56,570 nucleotides of DNA, taken from Celeribacter marinus (GTDB lineage Bacteria; Pseudomonadota; Alphaproteobacteria; Rhodobacterales; Rhodobacteraceae). The translations under genes and the position numbers were made by a program. The stretch covers positions 1 to 56,570 of the forward strand of contig NZ_CBFHKW010000006.1 of the NCBI RefSeq assembly GCF_965656515.1, in the 5' to 3' direction. The notes under the pieces were generated by a model. It worked only from the letters and a program-made list of their open reading frames with translations, was not told the DNA's origin and searched no databases. Below, piece by piece: positions 9,249 through 19,130 of this stretch; positions within the stretch are counted from its first letter, which is position 1, and every line of letters starts with the position of its first letter.

Positions 9249-10190
9249 TCACGCCGAACACGATGCCCCCCCCAGGACACAGAATTTGGCGCAATGCGGG
9301 TGGTTTAGCGCCACATCACGCGCCGCACCCTCAAGGGTGGGGCCAAGATCAAACTCAAGATCATAGGGCAGCAACGTGCAGGCCACAACGCTGGGCGCAC
9401 AGCCTTTGCGTTTGACCACCATGCGGCTTGACGCGCACATCACGCTGTCGGGTGTCTTGCCCAGAATACCCCAGCACGCGGTGGTGATTTCGGGCACCTC
9501 TACTGTCTCGTCCATTTCGGGGAATATAACAGTCATAGCAGGGTCTTGCGCGTCGATGTTATAGTTGTGCGCGGCGAACATTTTTGCAAATCCCGCGCGG
9601 GTTTCGGCGTCTGTTTCATGCCACAGCGAGCGCGCCGCAACCGCCATTTTGACGCCCGCGCCGCGCAACCAGTCCATGCCTTTGAGGGTGCGCTCATAGC
9701 TGCCTGGGCCGCGCATCTCGTCGTGGGCGGCTTGTGACCAATGATCGAGAGAGACGCGCAATGTGAGTTTGTCGCCAAATTCCGCGCACAGTGCAGCCAA
9801 ATCCGCCTGCACATTCGGCCGCATCATCGGCAGCATCGCGTTTGTGAGGATCAAGACCTCATACCCACGGCTCAACGCCTCACGCGCCATGGCGCACATC
9901 TGCGGGTTCATGAACGGCTCACCGCCGGTAAAGGCGATCTCGCGCACGGACCACGCAAGCCCGTCCAATTCATCCAGATAGCCGCGCAGATCATCCACGC
10001 CGATGTATTCAAGCGCATCGTTGGTGGGGGAGCTGTCTATATAGCAGTTCACACAGGTGATATTGCACAGCGTGCCGGTGTTGAACCAAATGGTTTGAGG
10101 ATCGCTAAACGCCACGCGGGCGCGCGCACTGCCATCGGCGGTGATATCGGCGTTTTGGAACTTGCCCGCGTTTGCAATGGTGTCTTTCAT
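9249..10190 (-). CDS. Radical SAM protein, function unknown
   Basis: CxxxCxxC (LCNITCVNC), FTGGEPF, LTN motifs; Cys-rich C-terminus; start ATG 10190 preceded by GAGGG. Confidence 0.85.
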   Translation of the reverse strand: MKDTIANAGKFQNADITADGSARARVAFSDPQTIWFNTGTLCNITCVNCYIDSSPTNDALEYIGVDDLRGYLDELDGLAWSVREIAFTGGEPFMNPQMCAMAREALSRGYEVLILTNAMLPMMRPNVQADLAALCAEFGDKLTLRVSLDHWSQAAHDEMRGPGSYERTLKGMDWLRGAGVKMAVAARSLWHETDAETRAGFAKMFAAHNYNIDAQDPAMTVIFPEMDETVEVPEITTACWGILGKTPDSVMCASSRMVVKRKGCAPSVVACTLLPYDLEFDLGPTLEGAARDVALNHPHCAKFCVLGGASCSA

Positions 10191-10355
10191 TTGGCCCTCG
10201 TCTGTTTCAAAAGACGGTAAGAGATTGAGCTGGTGATGAAAAGTAGGCGTTTGCAGCCCCACGAGATCGTGAAAATCGGTTTTATTGTCGGTGGTGGGTT
10301 GTGAGAGGGGGGTGAGGTGCTAGACTTTGATCCAAGACAACGGTAAACGGCTATC

Positions 10356-10367
10356 GTTAGCGCTAAC
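10356..10367. promoter_or_regulatory. LacI-family-like operator upstream of zwf
   Basis: Perfect palindrome GTTAGCGCTAAC with a central CG, about 100 bp upstream of zwf. Confidence 0.6.
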
Positions 10368-10463
10368 TAAGTCACTGCGATGTAGTGCGTGCCGGCGCGA
10401 CAGACGCATAACACTAAAGCGGCGGCCTGATGCAAATGGCGCGCCGCAACTGGGAGACAAACG

Positions 10464-11918
10464 ATGGTTTCACGTGTCATTCCGGTCGATGATTTCGACC
10501 TTGTGATTTTTGGCGGCACGGGCGATCTCGCACGCCGCAAAATTCTCCCGGGCCTGTACCGCCGCTTTTGTTCGGGCCAGATGCCAGAACAGGCGCGCAT
10601 TATCGGCGCTGCGCGCGGTGACATGGATGACGCGGGATTTCGCGATCTGATCCGTGACGCGATCAAAGAATTTGCCAAAAAGAACGAGTGTGACGACGAG
10701 AAAATTGGCGCATTCTTGCAGCGGCTCCACTTTGTCACCATCGATGCCAAGGGGGAGGGCGGTTGGAGCGACCTGCGTGACCTGATGCGCGATGGCGTGG
10801 TCAAAGCCTTCTATTTCTCCGTTGCCCCAAGCCTGTTTGGTGATTTGGCCAAGCGCCTGCACGAATTCAAGATTGCCGACGACGAAAGCCGCATTGTGGT
10901 TGAAAAGCCGTTTGGCCGCGATCTTGCCACCGCCAAAGCGTTGAACGCGGGTCTTGCTGCGCATTTCGACGAAACACAGATTTACCGCATCGATCACTAT
11001 TTGGGCAAAGAGACGGTTCAAAACCTGATGGCCGTGCGCTTTGGCAATATTTTGTTCGAACCACTTTGGAACAGCCAATACGTCGATCACATTCAGATCA
11101 CAGTGGCTGAAACCGTGGGTGTTGGCGGGCGTGGCGAGTATTACGACAAATCGGGTGCGATGCGCGATATGGTGCAAAACCACCTGATGCAACTGTTGTG
11201 CCTCATCGCGATGGAGCCGCCATCACGCTTCGAGCCTGATTCCGTGCGCGATGAAAAGCTCAAAGTTATCCGTGCGTTGGAGGATATCGACCATCACCAC
11301 ATCGTGCGTGGCCAATACGATGCCACCGACACCGAACAAAGTTATCGTGACGATGCGGGTGATCCGCGCTCACGCACCGAGAGTTATATCGCGCTGCGTT
11401 GTTTGATTTCCAACTGGCGGTGGGCGGGCACCCCGTTCTATTTGCGCACAGGCAAAAAGCTCAAGGCCCGCACGTCCGAGATTGCCGTTGTGTTCAAAGA
11501 TGCGCCACACTCGATCTTTGGCGAGGATGCAGGGCGTCACGCCAACGTCCTCACCATCCGGTTGCAGCCCAACGAGGGTATGACCCTCAAGGTGACGATC
11601 AAGGAACCCGGCCCGGGCGGCATGCGGTTGATTGATGTGCCACTTGATATGAGCTTTGCCGATGCTTTGGGCGAAGAGGCCGACGACATTCCAGACGCCT
11701 ATGAGCGTCTGATCATGGACGTGATCCGTGGCAACCAAACGCTGTTTATGCGCGGCGACGAGGTTGAGGCGGCATGGGCATGGACCGATCCGTTGATCAA
11801 TGGGTGGGAAGCACGCAATGATGTGCCCAAGCTGTATGACGCCTATTCATCAGGGCCAGAAGATGCCGCAATGATGTTGCACCGTGAGGGACGCCGCTGG
11901 CGGGAGGTCAAGGAATGA
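10464..11918 (+). CDS. zwf: Glucose-6-phosphate 1-dehydrogenase
   Basis: FGGTGDLARRK, EKPFG, RIDHYLGKE, DMVQNH motifs. Confidence 0.97.
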   Translation: MVSRVIPVDDFDLVIFGGTGDLARRKILPGLYRRFCSGQMPEQARIIGAARGDMDDAGFRDLIRDAIKEFAKKNECDDEKIGAFLQRLHFVTIDAKGEGGWSDLRDLMRDGVVKAFYFSVAPSLFGDLAKRLHEFKIADDESRIVVEKPFGRDLATAKALNAGLAAHFDETQIYRIDHYLGKETVQNLMAVRFGNILFEPLWNSQYVDHIQITVAETVGVGGRGEYYDKSGAMRDMVQNHLMQLLCLIAMEPPSRFEPDSVRDEKLKVIRALEDIDHHHIVRGQYDATDTEQSYRDDAGDPRSRTESYIALRCLISNWRWAGTPFYLRTGKKLKARTSEIAVVFKDAPHSIFGEDAGRHANVLTIRLQPNEGMTLKVTIKEPGPGGMRLIDVPLDMSFADALGEEADDIPDAYERLIMDVIRGNQTLFMRGDEVEAAWAWTDPLINGWEARNDVPKLYDAYSSGPEDAAMMLHREGRRWREVKE

Positions 11919-12586
11919 ACATTGTAGAGTATCCCGACCGCGAGGCGCTTTTGCTCGATCTGGCTAACACAATCGCGGGAGAATTGCGGGCGGCATTGGA
12001 AAGCAATGACCGGGCATCTCTTTGTGTGCCCGGCGGCACCACCCCCGGTCCCGTGTTCGATACGCTGTCGGGCGTAACGCTGGATTGGGACCGCGTGGAC
12101 GTGCTTTTGAATGATGAGCGGTGGGTGCCCGAGAGTTCTGATCGCTCAAACACGACATTGCTCAAGCAACGTTTGTTGGTGGATAAGGCGGCCGCGGCCA
12201 CGCTCGTGCCGCTCTATGCCGACACGCCAACACCCGAAGAGGGGTTGGACGGCTTGATGGCCGCGATTGAGGCCACGTTGCCCCTTGATGTCCTTGTGTT
12301 GGGCATGGGCGCGGATATGCATACCGCAAGCCTGTTTCCGGGAGCGGATCAGTTGGAATTGGCGCTCAGTGATGCGGCCCCAACGCTTTTGGCAATGCGC
12401 GCGCCCAATGCGCCAGAACCACGCATTACCCTGTCCGCCAAGGCGCTCAAATCCGCAATGGCCACACATATTTTGATGACAGGCGACGAGAAACGCACCG
12501 CACTAGAGCGCGCCGCCACTTTATCGCCCATCGACGCGCCCGTGTCGGTGTTTTTGGCCCAAGCGACCGTGCACTGGGCGCCGTAG
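11915..12586 (+). CDS. pgl: 6-phosphogluconolactonase
   Basis: PGGTTP, DERWV, LGMGADMHTASLFP, RITL motifs; ATGA overlap with zwf. Confidence 0.95.
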   Translation: MNIVEYPDREALLLDLANTIAGELRAALESNDRASLCVPGGTTPGPVFDTLSGVTLDWDRVDVLLNDERWVPESSDRSNTTLLKQRLLVDKAAAATLVPLYADTPTPEEGLDGLMAAIEATLPLDVLVLGMGADMHTASLFPGADQLELALSDAAPTLLAMRAPNAPEPRITLSAKALKSAMATHILMTGDEKRTALERAATLSPIDAPVSVFLAQATVHWAP

Positions 12587-12686
12587 CGCGCCACGGTACG
12601 GGATATACGGATCCGTTTTCCACACCTTAACTGTTTTATGGTATCCACGCGCATGTCGCGCATTCAGATGAACGTAAGGACCACAT

Positions 12687-14303
12687 ATGCCTGTTGATTT
12701 TTCAGCGTTGAACGCGCTCCACACTGCGGCGGGATCGCGTCACATGCTCGATCTGTTCGACGCGGATAAATCGCGGGCCGAGGATTTTTCAGCCCGTGCG
12801 GACGGTCTGTTGTTCGACTATGCAAAGACCAACATTGATGTCCAAACGCGTGATGCCTTGTTTGCTCTGCTCGATGAGGCGGGTGTCGCCGACAAACGCG
12901 AGGCGATGTTCACCGGCGAAAAGATCAACGACACCGAAGGGCGCGCAGTGCTGCACACGGCGTTGCGTAACCTTGATGGCGGACCCGTTTTGGTGGACGG
13001 AAAAGACGTTATGCCCGAGGTGCTAAACACCTTAGCGCGCATGGATGATTTCGCGGATCGTATTCGGCGCGGGGACATCTCATCTGTGTCCGGATCGCCG
13101 TTCGAGGATATCGTCAATATCGGAATTGGCGGCTCAGACCTTGGCCCCGTGATGGCCTATGAGGCGATGCAACCCTACGTCGACGGGCCGCGCTGCCACT
13201 TTGTCTCCAACGTCGACGGGGCGCATATCCATGACGTTCTGGCCCGTGTGAACCCGCAAACAACCCTGATCATTGTGGCCTCAAAAACATTTACCACCAT
13301 CGAGACGATGACAAATGCGCAAACTGCGCGTGACTGGCTTGTCCCGCATATCGGCGAAGATGGTGTTTCCAAGCATTTTGCAGCTCTCTCCACGGCCAAA
13401 GACAAAACGGCCGCGTTTGGTATCGACCCTGATCTTGTGTTCGGGTTTGAGGACTGGGTTGGCGGGCGCTATTCCGTGTGGGGGCCGATTGGTCTGTCGT
13501 TGATGATCGCCATTGGTCCGCAAAATTTTGCTGACTTCTTGCGCGGCGCTCAGGCGATGGACGTTCATTTTCGCACTGCAGCCCCCAAAGACAACTTGCC
13601 CGTCCTACTCGCACTTGTCGGGGTGTGGCACAATCAGGTGTGTGGACACGCGACCCGTGCCGTGCTGCCCTATGAGCAGCGCCTCGTGCGACTTCCGGCG
13701 TATTTCCAACAGTTGGAAATGGAAAGCAATGGCAAACGCGTCTCGATGGATGGCGAAGAGTTGCCCTATCATAGTGGCCCCGTTGTCTGGGGCGAGCCGG
13801 GCACCAATGGTCAACACGCGTTTTACCAGTTGATCCACCAAGGCACGCGAGTGGTCCCCTGTGAATTTATGGTCGGCAAATTCGGCCATGAGACCCATCT
13901 GGACCATCAGCATGAATTGCTCGTCTCCAACTGTCTGGCGCAATCCGAAGCGCTGATGCGCGGGCGCGATATCGATGAGGCGCGCGCTCTTATGGCGGCC
14001 AAAGGATTCGAGGGCGCCGAGTTGGAGCGTCAGGCGGCGCACCGCGTCTTCCCCGGAAACCGTCCTTCGACCACCTTGGCCTATGAGGTGCTCACGCCCT
14101 TTGTTCTTGGCCAGATCATCGCGCTCTATGAACACCGCGTCTTTGTTGAGGGTGTTATTTTGGGCATCAATTCATACGACCAATGGGGTGTGGAATTGGG
14201 CAAGGAGTTGGCACTGGCGTTGCAGCCGGTTCTGTCGGGCAACAAAAGTGGCTCGGACAAGGACGGTTCAACCCGTCACCTGATCGACTTTCTTAAGGTC
14301 TAA
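12687..14303 (+). CDS. pgi: Glucose-6-phosphate isomerase
   Basis: IGIGGSDLGP, SKTFTTIET, VGGRYS, QQLEMESNGK, DQWGVELGK motifs. Confidence 0.97.
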   Translation: MPVDFSALNALHTAAGSRHMLDLFDADKSRAEDFSARADGLLFDYAKTNIDVQTRDALFALLDEAGVADKREAMFTGEKINDTEGRAVLHTALRNLDGGPVLVDGKDVMPEVLNTLARMDDFADRIRRGDISSVSGSPFEDIVNIGIGGSDLGPVMAYEAMQPYVDGPRCHFVSNVDGAHIHDVLARVNPQTTLIIVASKTFTTIETMTNAQTARDWLVPHIGEDGVSKHFAALSTAKDKTAAFGIDPDLVFGFEDWVGGRYSVWGPIGLSLMIAIGPQNFADFLRGAQAMDVHFRTAAPKDNLPVLLALVGVWHNQVCGHATRAVLPYEQRLVRLPAYFQQLEMESNGKRVSMDGEELPYHSGPVVWGEPGTNGQHAFYQLIHQGTRVVPCEFMVGKFGHETHLDHQHELLVSNCLAQSEALMRGRDIDEARALMAAKGFEGAELERQAAHRVFPGNRPSTTLAYEVLTPFVLGQIIALYEHRVFVEGVILGINSYDQWGVELGKELALALQPVLSGNKSGSDKDGSTRHLIDFLKV

Positions 14304-14327
14304 GAGATTATGATATAAAGACAATTT

Positions 14328-14360
14328 AGGGCAGGGGTCGCAATGATCCCTGCCTTTTTC
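14328..14360 (+). terminator. Rho-independent terminator after pgi
   Basis: GGCAGGGGTC-GCAAT-GATCCCTGCC then TTTTT. Confidence 0.7.
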
Positions 14361-14401
14361 GTGGTGCAAAGCTGTGTAAGGCCAGTCTCGCCTAGCGTGG
14401 C

Positions 14402-14695
14402 CTAGCCAAACAAGCTGCCAAACTTCATGGCCGTTTTTGCATCGCCGACGATTTTGAGTTTGCCAAACATCACCGCTTTCATCGGGTGCAATTCGCCGTG
14501 CAGAATTTTAGTGAATGTCTCTTGTGAGGCGATCACGGCCGCGTCCGCGCGCGCATCCGAGACCTGTGCATCGTGCCCGAGGATAAAGATATTGCCCACG
14601 TCGCTCACGCGCATCGACACGGATTTCTCGAACTCTACGTCCTTGAGGCGCGTCAATAGCTCTGCGACTGCCATGTCTAAAAACGGATCGGCCAT
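14402..14695 (-). CDS. SCP2 sterol/lipid-binding domain protein
   Basis: C-terminal GELHPMKAVMFGKLKIVGD..AMKF signature; AGGAG before ATG 14695. Confidence 0.8.
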   Translation of the reverse strand: MADPFLDMAVAELLTRLKDVEFEKSVSMRVSDVGNIFILGHDAQVSDARADAAVIASQETFTKILHGELHPMKAVMFGKLKIVGDAKTAMKFGSLFG

Positions 14696-14813
14696 TGAAT
14701 GCTCCTGTTGCCCTGACCAATGGTGGCAGATGGACAGTCCAACCAACAGCGAGACGTTGCGTCGTGCAGTTGCATCGTGGTGATCTCATAGATTTGTGGA
14801 TGTGGGTATTTGT

Positions 14814-14887
14814 TGGAGCGGGTAACGGGAATTGAACCCGTAACTAAAGCTTGGGAAGCTGCCGTGATACCTTTTCACCATACCCGC
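14814..14887 (-). tRNA. tRNA-Gly (CCC)
   Basis: Reverse complement GCGGGTA TG GTGA-AAAGGTA-TCAC G GCAGC-TTCCCAA-GCTTT AGTT ACGGG-TTCAATT-CCCGT TACCCGC T CCA: full cloverleaf with encoded CCA. Confidence 0.93.
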
Positions 14888-14973
14888 TCATGAGGTGAGA
14901 GGTAGTCAAACCCTGCGAGAGGGTCAAGGGATATGCGGCCCCGCGCGTTAAAAAAGCGCAAGGCCGCCTTTGG

Positions 14974-17010
14974 TTAGCGCCGTGCGCGGCGGCGTGGACG
15001 GCCACCGCCACCGCCCGCGTTAAAATCAACATCGGGGAGCGGCACCACCGCACGCAGGCCGCTAAAGGGCGCGGTTGCATGGGGAATGGCGTTGGCGGCG
15101 ACGAAATGCTCTTGGAATCTCGGCTCGATTGCAGTCTCGATCTTGGTGATTTCATGCACAAGCGCCTCGACCTCGCGCCGCGCTGCCGCGTTCAACAGCG
15201 CAATCTGCGCCCCTGTCCCTGCGGCATTGCCCGCCGATGTGACGTGTTCAAGCGGACAGTCGGGGATCATCCCCAGAACCATCGCGTGTTTGGGCGAAAT
15301 ATGTGCACCAAATGCGCCCGCAAGCACCACGCGCTCAACTTCATCTGCGCCAAATTCATCCATCAGCAACCGTGCGCCCGCATAGAGCGCCGATTTCGCC
15401 AACTGGATGGCGCGAATATCACCTTGGGTCACTTCGATCACTGCGCCCCCCTCGGCGCTGGCGTCATGCAAGAGGTAGGAATAGGTGCGGCCTGAGGCGC
15501 GCAAGCGCTCCGTACCCGTGGCCTCGGCTGATCCGATCAACCCGTTGGCATCGACCAGACCCGCCATGCGCATTTCCGCGACGGCCTCGATAATGCCCGA
15601 CCCGCAGATGCCCGAGACGCCAGATACAGCGGTTTGCGTGGCAAAGTCAGGATCGGTCGACCAAAGGTCACAGCCGATCACCTTGAACCGTGGCTCTTTG
15701 GTTATGGCGTCGATTTCCACGCGCTCTATTGCGCCGGGGGCAGCCCGTTGACCGCTTGAGATTTGTGCGCCCTCGAATGCGGGGCCTGTGGGGGATGAAC
15801 AAGCCAAGACACGGGATTTGTTGCCTAAAATGATCTCGGCATTGGTGCCGACATCGACAATCAACGTGAGGGGATCGACTTTTTGCGGGGCTTCCGAGAG
15901 CGCGACAGCGGCGGCATCCGCGCCCACATGGCCTGCGATAAGCGGCAGGATATAGACCTGTGCCTCATCTGCGAGCGTCAACCCGATGGTGCGCGCAGGC
16001 AGGTCCATGGCCGAATTGGTCGCAAGCGCGAACGGCGCCTGACCCAAGGGTGTCGGATCAAGACCCAACAACAAATGATGCATGACGGGGTTCATCACGA
16101 ACACCGCCTCATAGATGTCAGCCGTGGTGAGATCCGCTTCGGCCACCAACTCGGCGGCGAGCGTGTTCATCGCCTCGCGCACCGCGCGGGTCATCTCGCC
16201 CGCGCCGCCTTCGTTCATCATCGCGTAGGACACGCGGCTCATCAGGTCCTCGCCAAAGCGGATTTGCGGATTCATTACGCCACCCGAGGCCTTGACTTCG
16301 CCTGTCACAAGATTGGTCAAATGCGCGGCGATGGTGGTCGATCCAAGGTCCACAGCCAAGCCGAACAGCGCAGGCTCGGCAAAACCCGCCCAGACGCCGA
16401 TCACCTGTGCCGCACCGTCGCGGGCGGTGTGAATGGCCACGGTTGCCTTGTACTCGGCGGCGATCAGCGCGGTTTGAAGTTTGGCGAGCATGGCAAGGGT
16501 TAGCGTGGCGCCCGTGATGTTCCATTGCTCGGCCAGCGCGGCTTGGGTGCGTTCCCAGTCGCCCGTGGGGGCGTGCATATCGGCGGGCTCGACCTCGATA
16601 TAATAAAGCCGCGTTGCGGGGTCCATTTCGATGTGGCGCGTGGTTGCGGCCTTGCGCACCACCTGTTTGTGGACCTGACTTTCGGGCGGCACGTCCAACA
16701 CGATATCGCCCTGAATACAGGCCTGACAGCCCAAACGCCGCCCCGTTTTGAGGCCGCGCACACGGTCGTAGCGCTCCTCAACCGAATTGAACGCGCTCAG
16801 CGCATCCTCTGACGCGGTGATCCCGTGTTTGGAGTGGTCGCCAAAGGCAGGTTGCACCTGACATTTTGAACAAATCCCGCGACCGCCACACACACTATCA
16901 AGGTCCACACCCATAGAACGCGCGGCCTCCAACACGGACGTTCCCGCAGGGACGCGGGCGCGTTTGCCGGACGGGGTGAAAACCACCAATGGGTCTTGTG
17001 AACTGCTCAT
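14974..17010 (-). CDS. 2Fe-2S/ASKHA ATPase, RACo/RamA-like reductive activator of corrinoid proteins
   Basis: N-terminal 2Fe-2S motif [10 protein letters not shown]...RLGC; ASKHA motifs [41 protein letters not shown]; start ATG 17010 overlaps the rluE stop. Confidence 0.88.
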   Translation of the reverse strand: MSSSQDPLVVFTPSGKRARVPAGTSVLEAARSMGVDLDSVCGGRGICSKCQVQPAFGDHSKHGITASEDALSAFNSVEERYDRVRGLKTGRRLGCQACIQGDIVLDVPPESQVHKQVVRKAATTRHIEMDPATRLYYIEVEPADMHAPTGDWERTQAALAEQWNITGATLTLAMLAKLQTALIAAEYKATVAIHTARDGAAQVIGVWAGFAEPALFGLAVDLGSTTIAAHLTNLVTGEVKASGGVMNPQIRFGEDLMSRVSYAMMNEGGAGEMTRAVREAMNTLAAELVAEADLTTADIYEAVFVMNPVMHHLLLGLDPTPLGQAPFALATNSAMDLPARTIGLTLADEAQVYILPLIAGHVGADAAAVALSEAPQKVDPLTLIVDVGTNAEIILGNKSRVLACSSPTGPAFEGAQISSGQRAAPGAIERVEIDAITKEPRFKVIGCDLWSTDPDFATQTAVSGVSGICGSGIIEAVAEMRMAGLVDANGLIGSAEATGTERLRASGRTYSYLLHDASAEGGAVIEVTQGDIRAIQLAKSALYAGARLLMDEFGADEVERVVLAGAFGAHISPKHAMVLGMIPDCPLEHVTSAGNAAGTGAQIALLNAAARREVEALVHEITKIETAIEPRFQEHFVAANAIPHATAPFSGLRAVVPLPDVDFNAGGGGGRPRRRARR

Positions 17011-17582
17011 AGCGTATCCCATGCGTTGCGTGGATCGGCGTCGCGCCATGCGCCGCTGTCGATCCCGTCGAGTGTATATGGCCCGATGGCCACGCGGATC
17101 AGGCGCAGGGTTGGAAATCCGACATGGGCCGTCATACGGCGCACCTGTCGGTTCTTGCCCTCGGTGATGGTCAATTGCACCCAACTGTCGGGCACGGATT
17201 TGCGGTAGCGCACGGGTGGCGTGCGCGGCCAAAGCCAGTCGGGGGCCTGCACACGCGCGGCGCGGGCAGGGCGGGTTTGACCGTCCTTGAGCATCACGCC
17301 ACTGCACAAGGCGTCAATCGCCGCTGCGTCAATGTTGCCTTCGACCTGCGCCAGATAGGTCTTTGGCATCTTCGATTTCGGGTTGGCAATGCGGGCTTGT
17401 AGCTTGCCATCGTCGGTCAACAACAACAGGCCCTCGCTATCGCGGTCAAGACGTCCGGCGGGGTACACGTTCCGCACATCGACAAAATCGGACAGGGTGC
17501 GCCGCGTGCTGCCCTCCAATCCCTTGTCGGTGAACTGGGAGAGCACATCGAACGGTTTGTTCAAGGCGATTAACCGTGTCAT
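17007..17582 (-). CDS. rluE: rRNA pseudouridine synthase (RluE-like)
   Basis: [48 protein letters not shown]; no S4 domain. Confidence 0.85.
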   Translation of the reverse strand: MTRLIALNKPFDVLSQFTDKGLEGSTRRTLSDFVDVRNVYPAGRLDRDSEGLLLLTDDGKLQARIANPKSKMPKTYLAQVEGNIDAAAIDALCSGVMLKDGQTRPARAARVQAPDWLWPRTPPVRYRKSVPDSWVQLTITEGKNRQVRRMTAHVGFPTLRLIRVAIGPYTLDGIDSGAWRDADPRNAWDTL

Positions 17583-17620
17583 CTGTGCGCTCCCTTTATG
17601 GTGTTTGCCCGAGTATGGGA

Positions 17621-18607
17621 TTAACGGCGACGACGTCCGCCACTGCGACGCCCGCCACCTGATCCTGCAGCGGCCGCCGCCGTGGAGGCCTCGGCAAAGG
17701 TGGCGCCCTCGGCCACCGCATCAACGATACGGCTAAAGCTGATCCATTTTGCGCCGTCCGGATCGTGATCCATGAGCAAGTTGGCCGCACGGATCGCTTC
17801 CATCTCTTGCAACCGCACAGGGTTCATAATGGCTGATGTCATGCCCGCACCAATCGCCATGGGCAAGAACGCGGCATTGATGCCGTGGCGCTGTGGCAGG
17901 CCGAACGAGACGTTGGACGCGCCGCAAGTGGTATTCACACCCAATTCGTCGCGCAAACGGCGCACAAGCGTGAACACCTGTTGGCCCGCAGTGCGCATCG
18001 CACCGATGGGCATCACGAGCGGGTCCACCACGATGTCATGGGCGGGAATGCCGAAATCTGCAGCGCGCTCCACAATGCGTTTGGCCACGGCAAAGCGCAC
18101 ATCAGGATCCTCGGAAATCCCAGTGTCATCATTGGCAATCGCCACCACAGGCACGTTGTATTTCTTAACAAGCGGCAAAACCCGCTCAAGGCGCTCTTCC
18201 TCGCCCGTCACAGAGTTCAAGAGCGGACGGCCCTCGGCCATTTCCAAACCGGCCTCAAGCGCATCTGGCACAGAGCTGTCGATGCACAGTGGCACGTCAA
18301 CAATTGCTTGAATGCGGGCGATGAGGTCACGCATCAGCGGCGGCTCGACAAAGTTGTTGTCGGCGTAACGGGGGTCTTCGGCCATCTTGTTGGAAAACAC
18401 CGCGCCCGAATTGATGTCGAGAATATTGGCCCCACAAGCAACCTGTTCAATCGCGTCACGTTCCACCGTGGAGAAATCACCCAGCTCCAGTTCGGCGGCA
18501 AGTTTTTTGCGCCCCGTGGGGTTGATGCGTTCGCCGATGACGGCAAACGGCTCGTCAAAGCCGATGATGACGGTCTTACTCTTGCTCTCGATCACTGTGC
18601 GGGTCAT
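17621..18607 (-). CDS. Methyltetrahydrofolate:corrinoid methyltransferase (stand-alone pterin-binding domain, MetH/AcsE-like)
   Basis: [43 protein letters not shown] motifs; AAGGA before ATG 18607. Confidence 0.88.
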   Translation of the reverse strand: MTRTVIESKSKTVIIGFDEPFAVIGERINPTGRKKLAAELELGDFSTVERDAIEQVACGANILDINSGAVFSNKMAEDPRYADNNFVEPPLMRDLIARIQAIVDVPLCIDSSVPDALEAGLEMAEGRPLLNSVTGEEERLERVLPLVKKYNVPVVAIANDDTGISEDPDVRFAVAKRIVERAADFGIPAHDIVVDPLVMPIGAMRTAGQQVFTLVRRLRDELGVNTTCGASNVSFGLPQRHGINAAFLPMAIGAGMTSAIMNPVRLQEMEAIRAANLLMDHDPDGAKWISFSRIVDAVAEGATFAEASTAAAAAGSGGGRRSGGRRRR

Positions 18608-18660
18608 GTTATTTGTCCTTTGGGTGCGGGCCGTGTGGCCGCGCAAAATATGCGCAAAAT

Positions 18661-18960
18661 TTAGGCGGGCGCGTGCCCGTCATTGTTCACAAGCGCGATC
18701 AGGCGCTCTTTGTCATAGGCGGCGTCCAGTTCGGCCACTTTGGCGTCCACGGCCTCTTGGCCTTCGCCCTCAACCGCGATCACCACATCGCGCCACTCGG
18801 CGATATAGGCGTCTTGGTCGGTGGCCCCGATGCGCATGGCGACACGGTCGATGGCTTGCTCAAAGCGTTCGGGCAATACCGCACGCAATGCTTTGCGTCC
18901 ACGGCCCATGCGTACTTGGGCAGGAATATCGCGCCAGTAAATAATTGTCATATCGGTCAT
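18661..18960 (-). CDS. Small conserved protein ('virulence factor' PF13769-like)
   Basis: IIYWRDIPAQV...LPERFEQAIDRVAM...DAYIAEWR signature; start ATG 18960. Confidence 0.75.
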   Translation of the reverse strand: MTDMTIIYWRDIPAQVRMGRGRKALRAVLPERFEQAIDRVAMRIGATDQDAYIAEWRDVVIAVEGEGQEAVDAKVAELDAAYDKERLIALVNNDGHAPA

Positions 18961-19130
18961 GTGTTTTAGCCCTTGTTGTCGAGAAACAGACTTAGGCCAA
19001 GCGGGCATTGGGGGAAAGGGCTTGGTATCGGAAAAATCTTCATCACGTTTATGAACGAGGGCCATCTGATCTCTTGCGAGGGAACAAAAGCACGCGTAGT
19101 GTGAACCCAACTTGAAATGGAGGGCGTGTT

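Noticed and set aside
8657-10190. HNH plus radical SAM as an anti-phage or DNA-modification system
   Set aside because: The genes are convergent rather than operonic, sit in core context, and have no accompanying defence genes.
14304-14973. tRNA-Gly as an integration site for a genomic island
   Set aside because: No integrase, no duplicated tRNA 3' end seen, and housekeeping genes on both sides.
17011-17307. N-terminal extension of the 777-aa ASKHA ORF
   Set aside because: It lies inside rluE; the ferredoxin domain begins right after ATG 17010.
18661-18960. Literal virulence function for the 'virulence factor' family protein
   Set aside because: The name is a family label; the context points to corrinoid/C1 metabolism.
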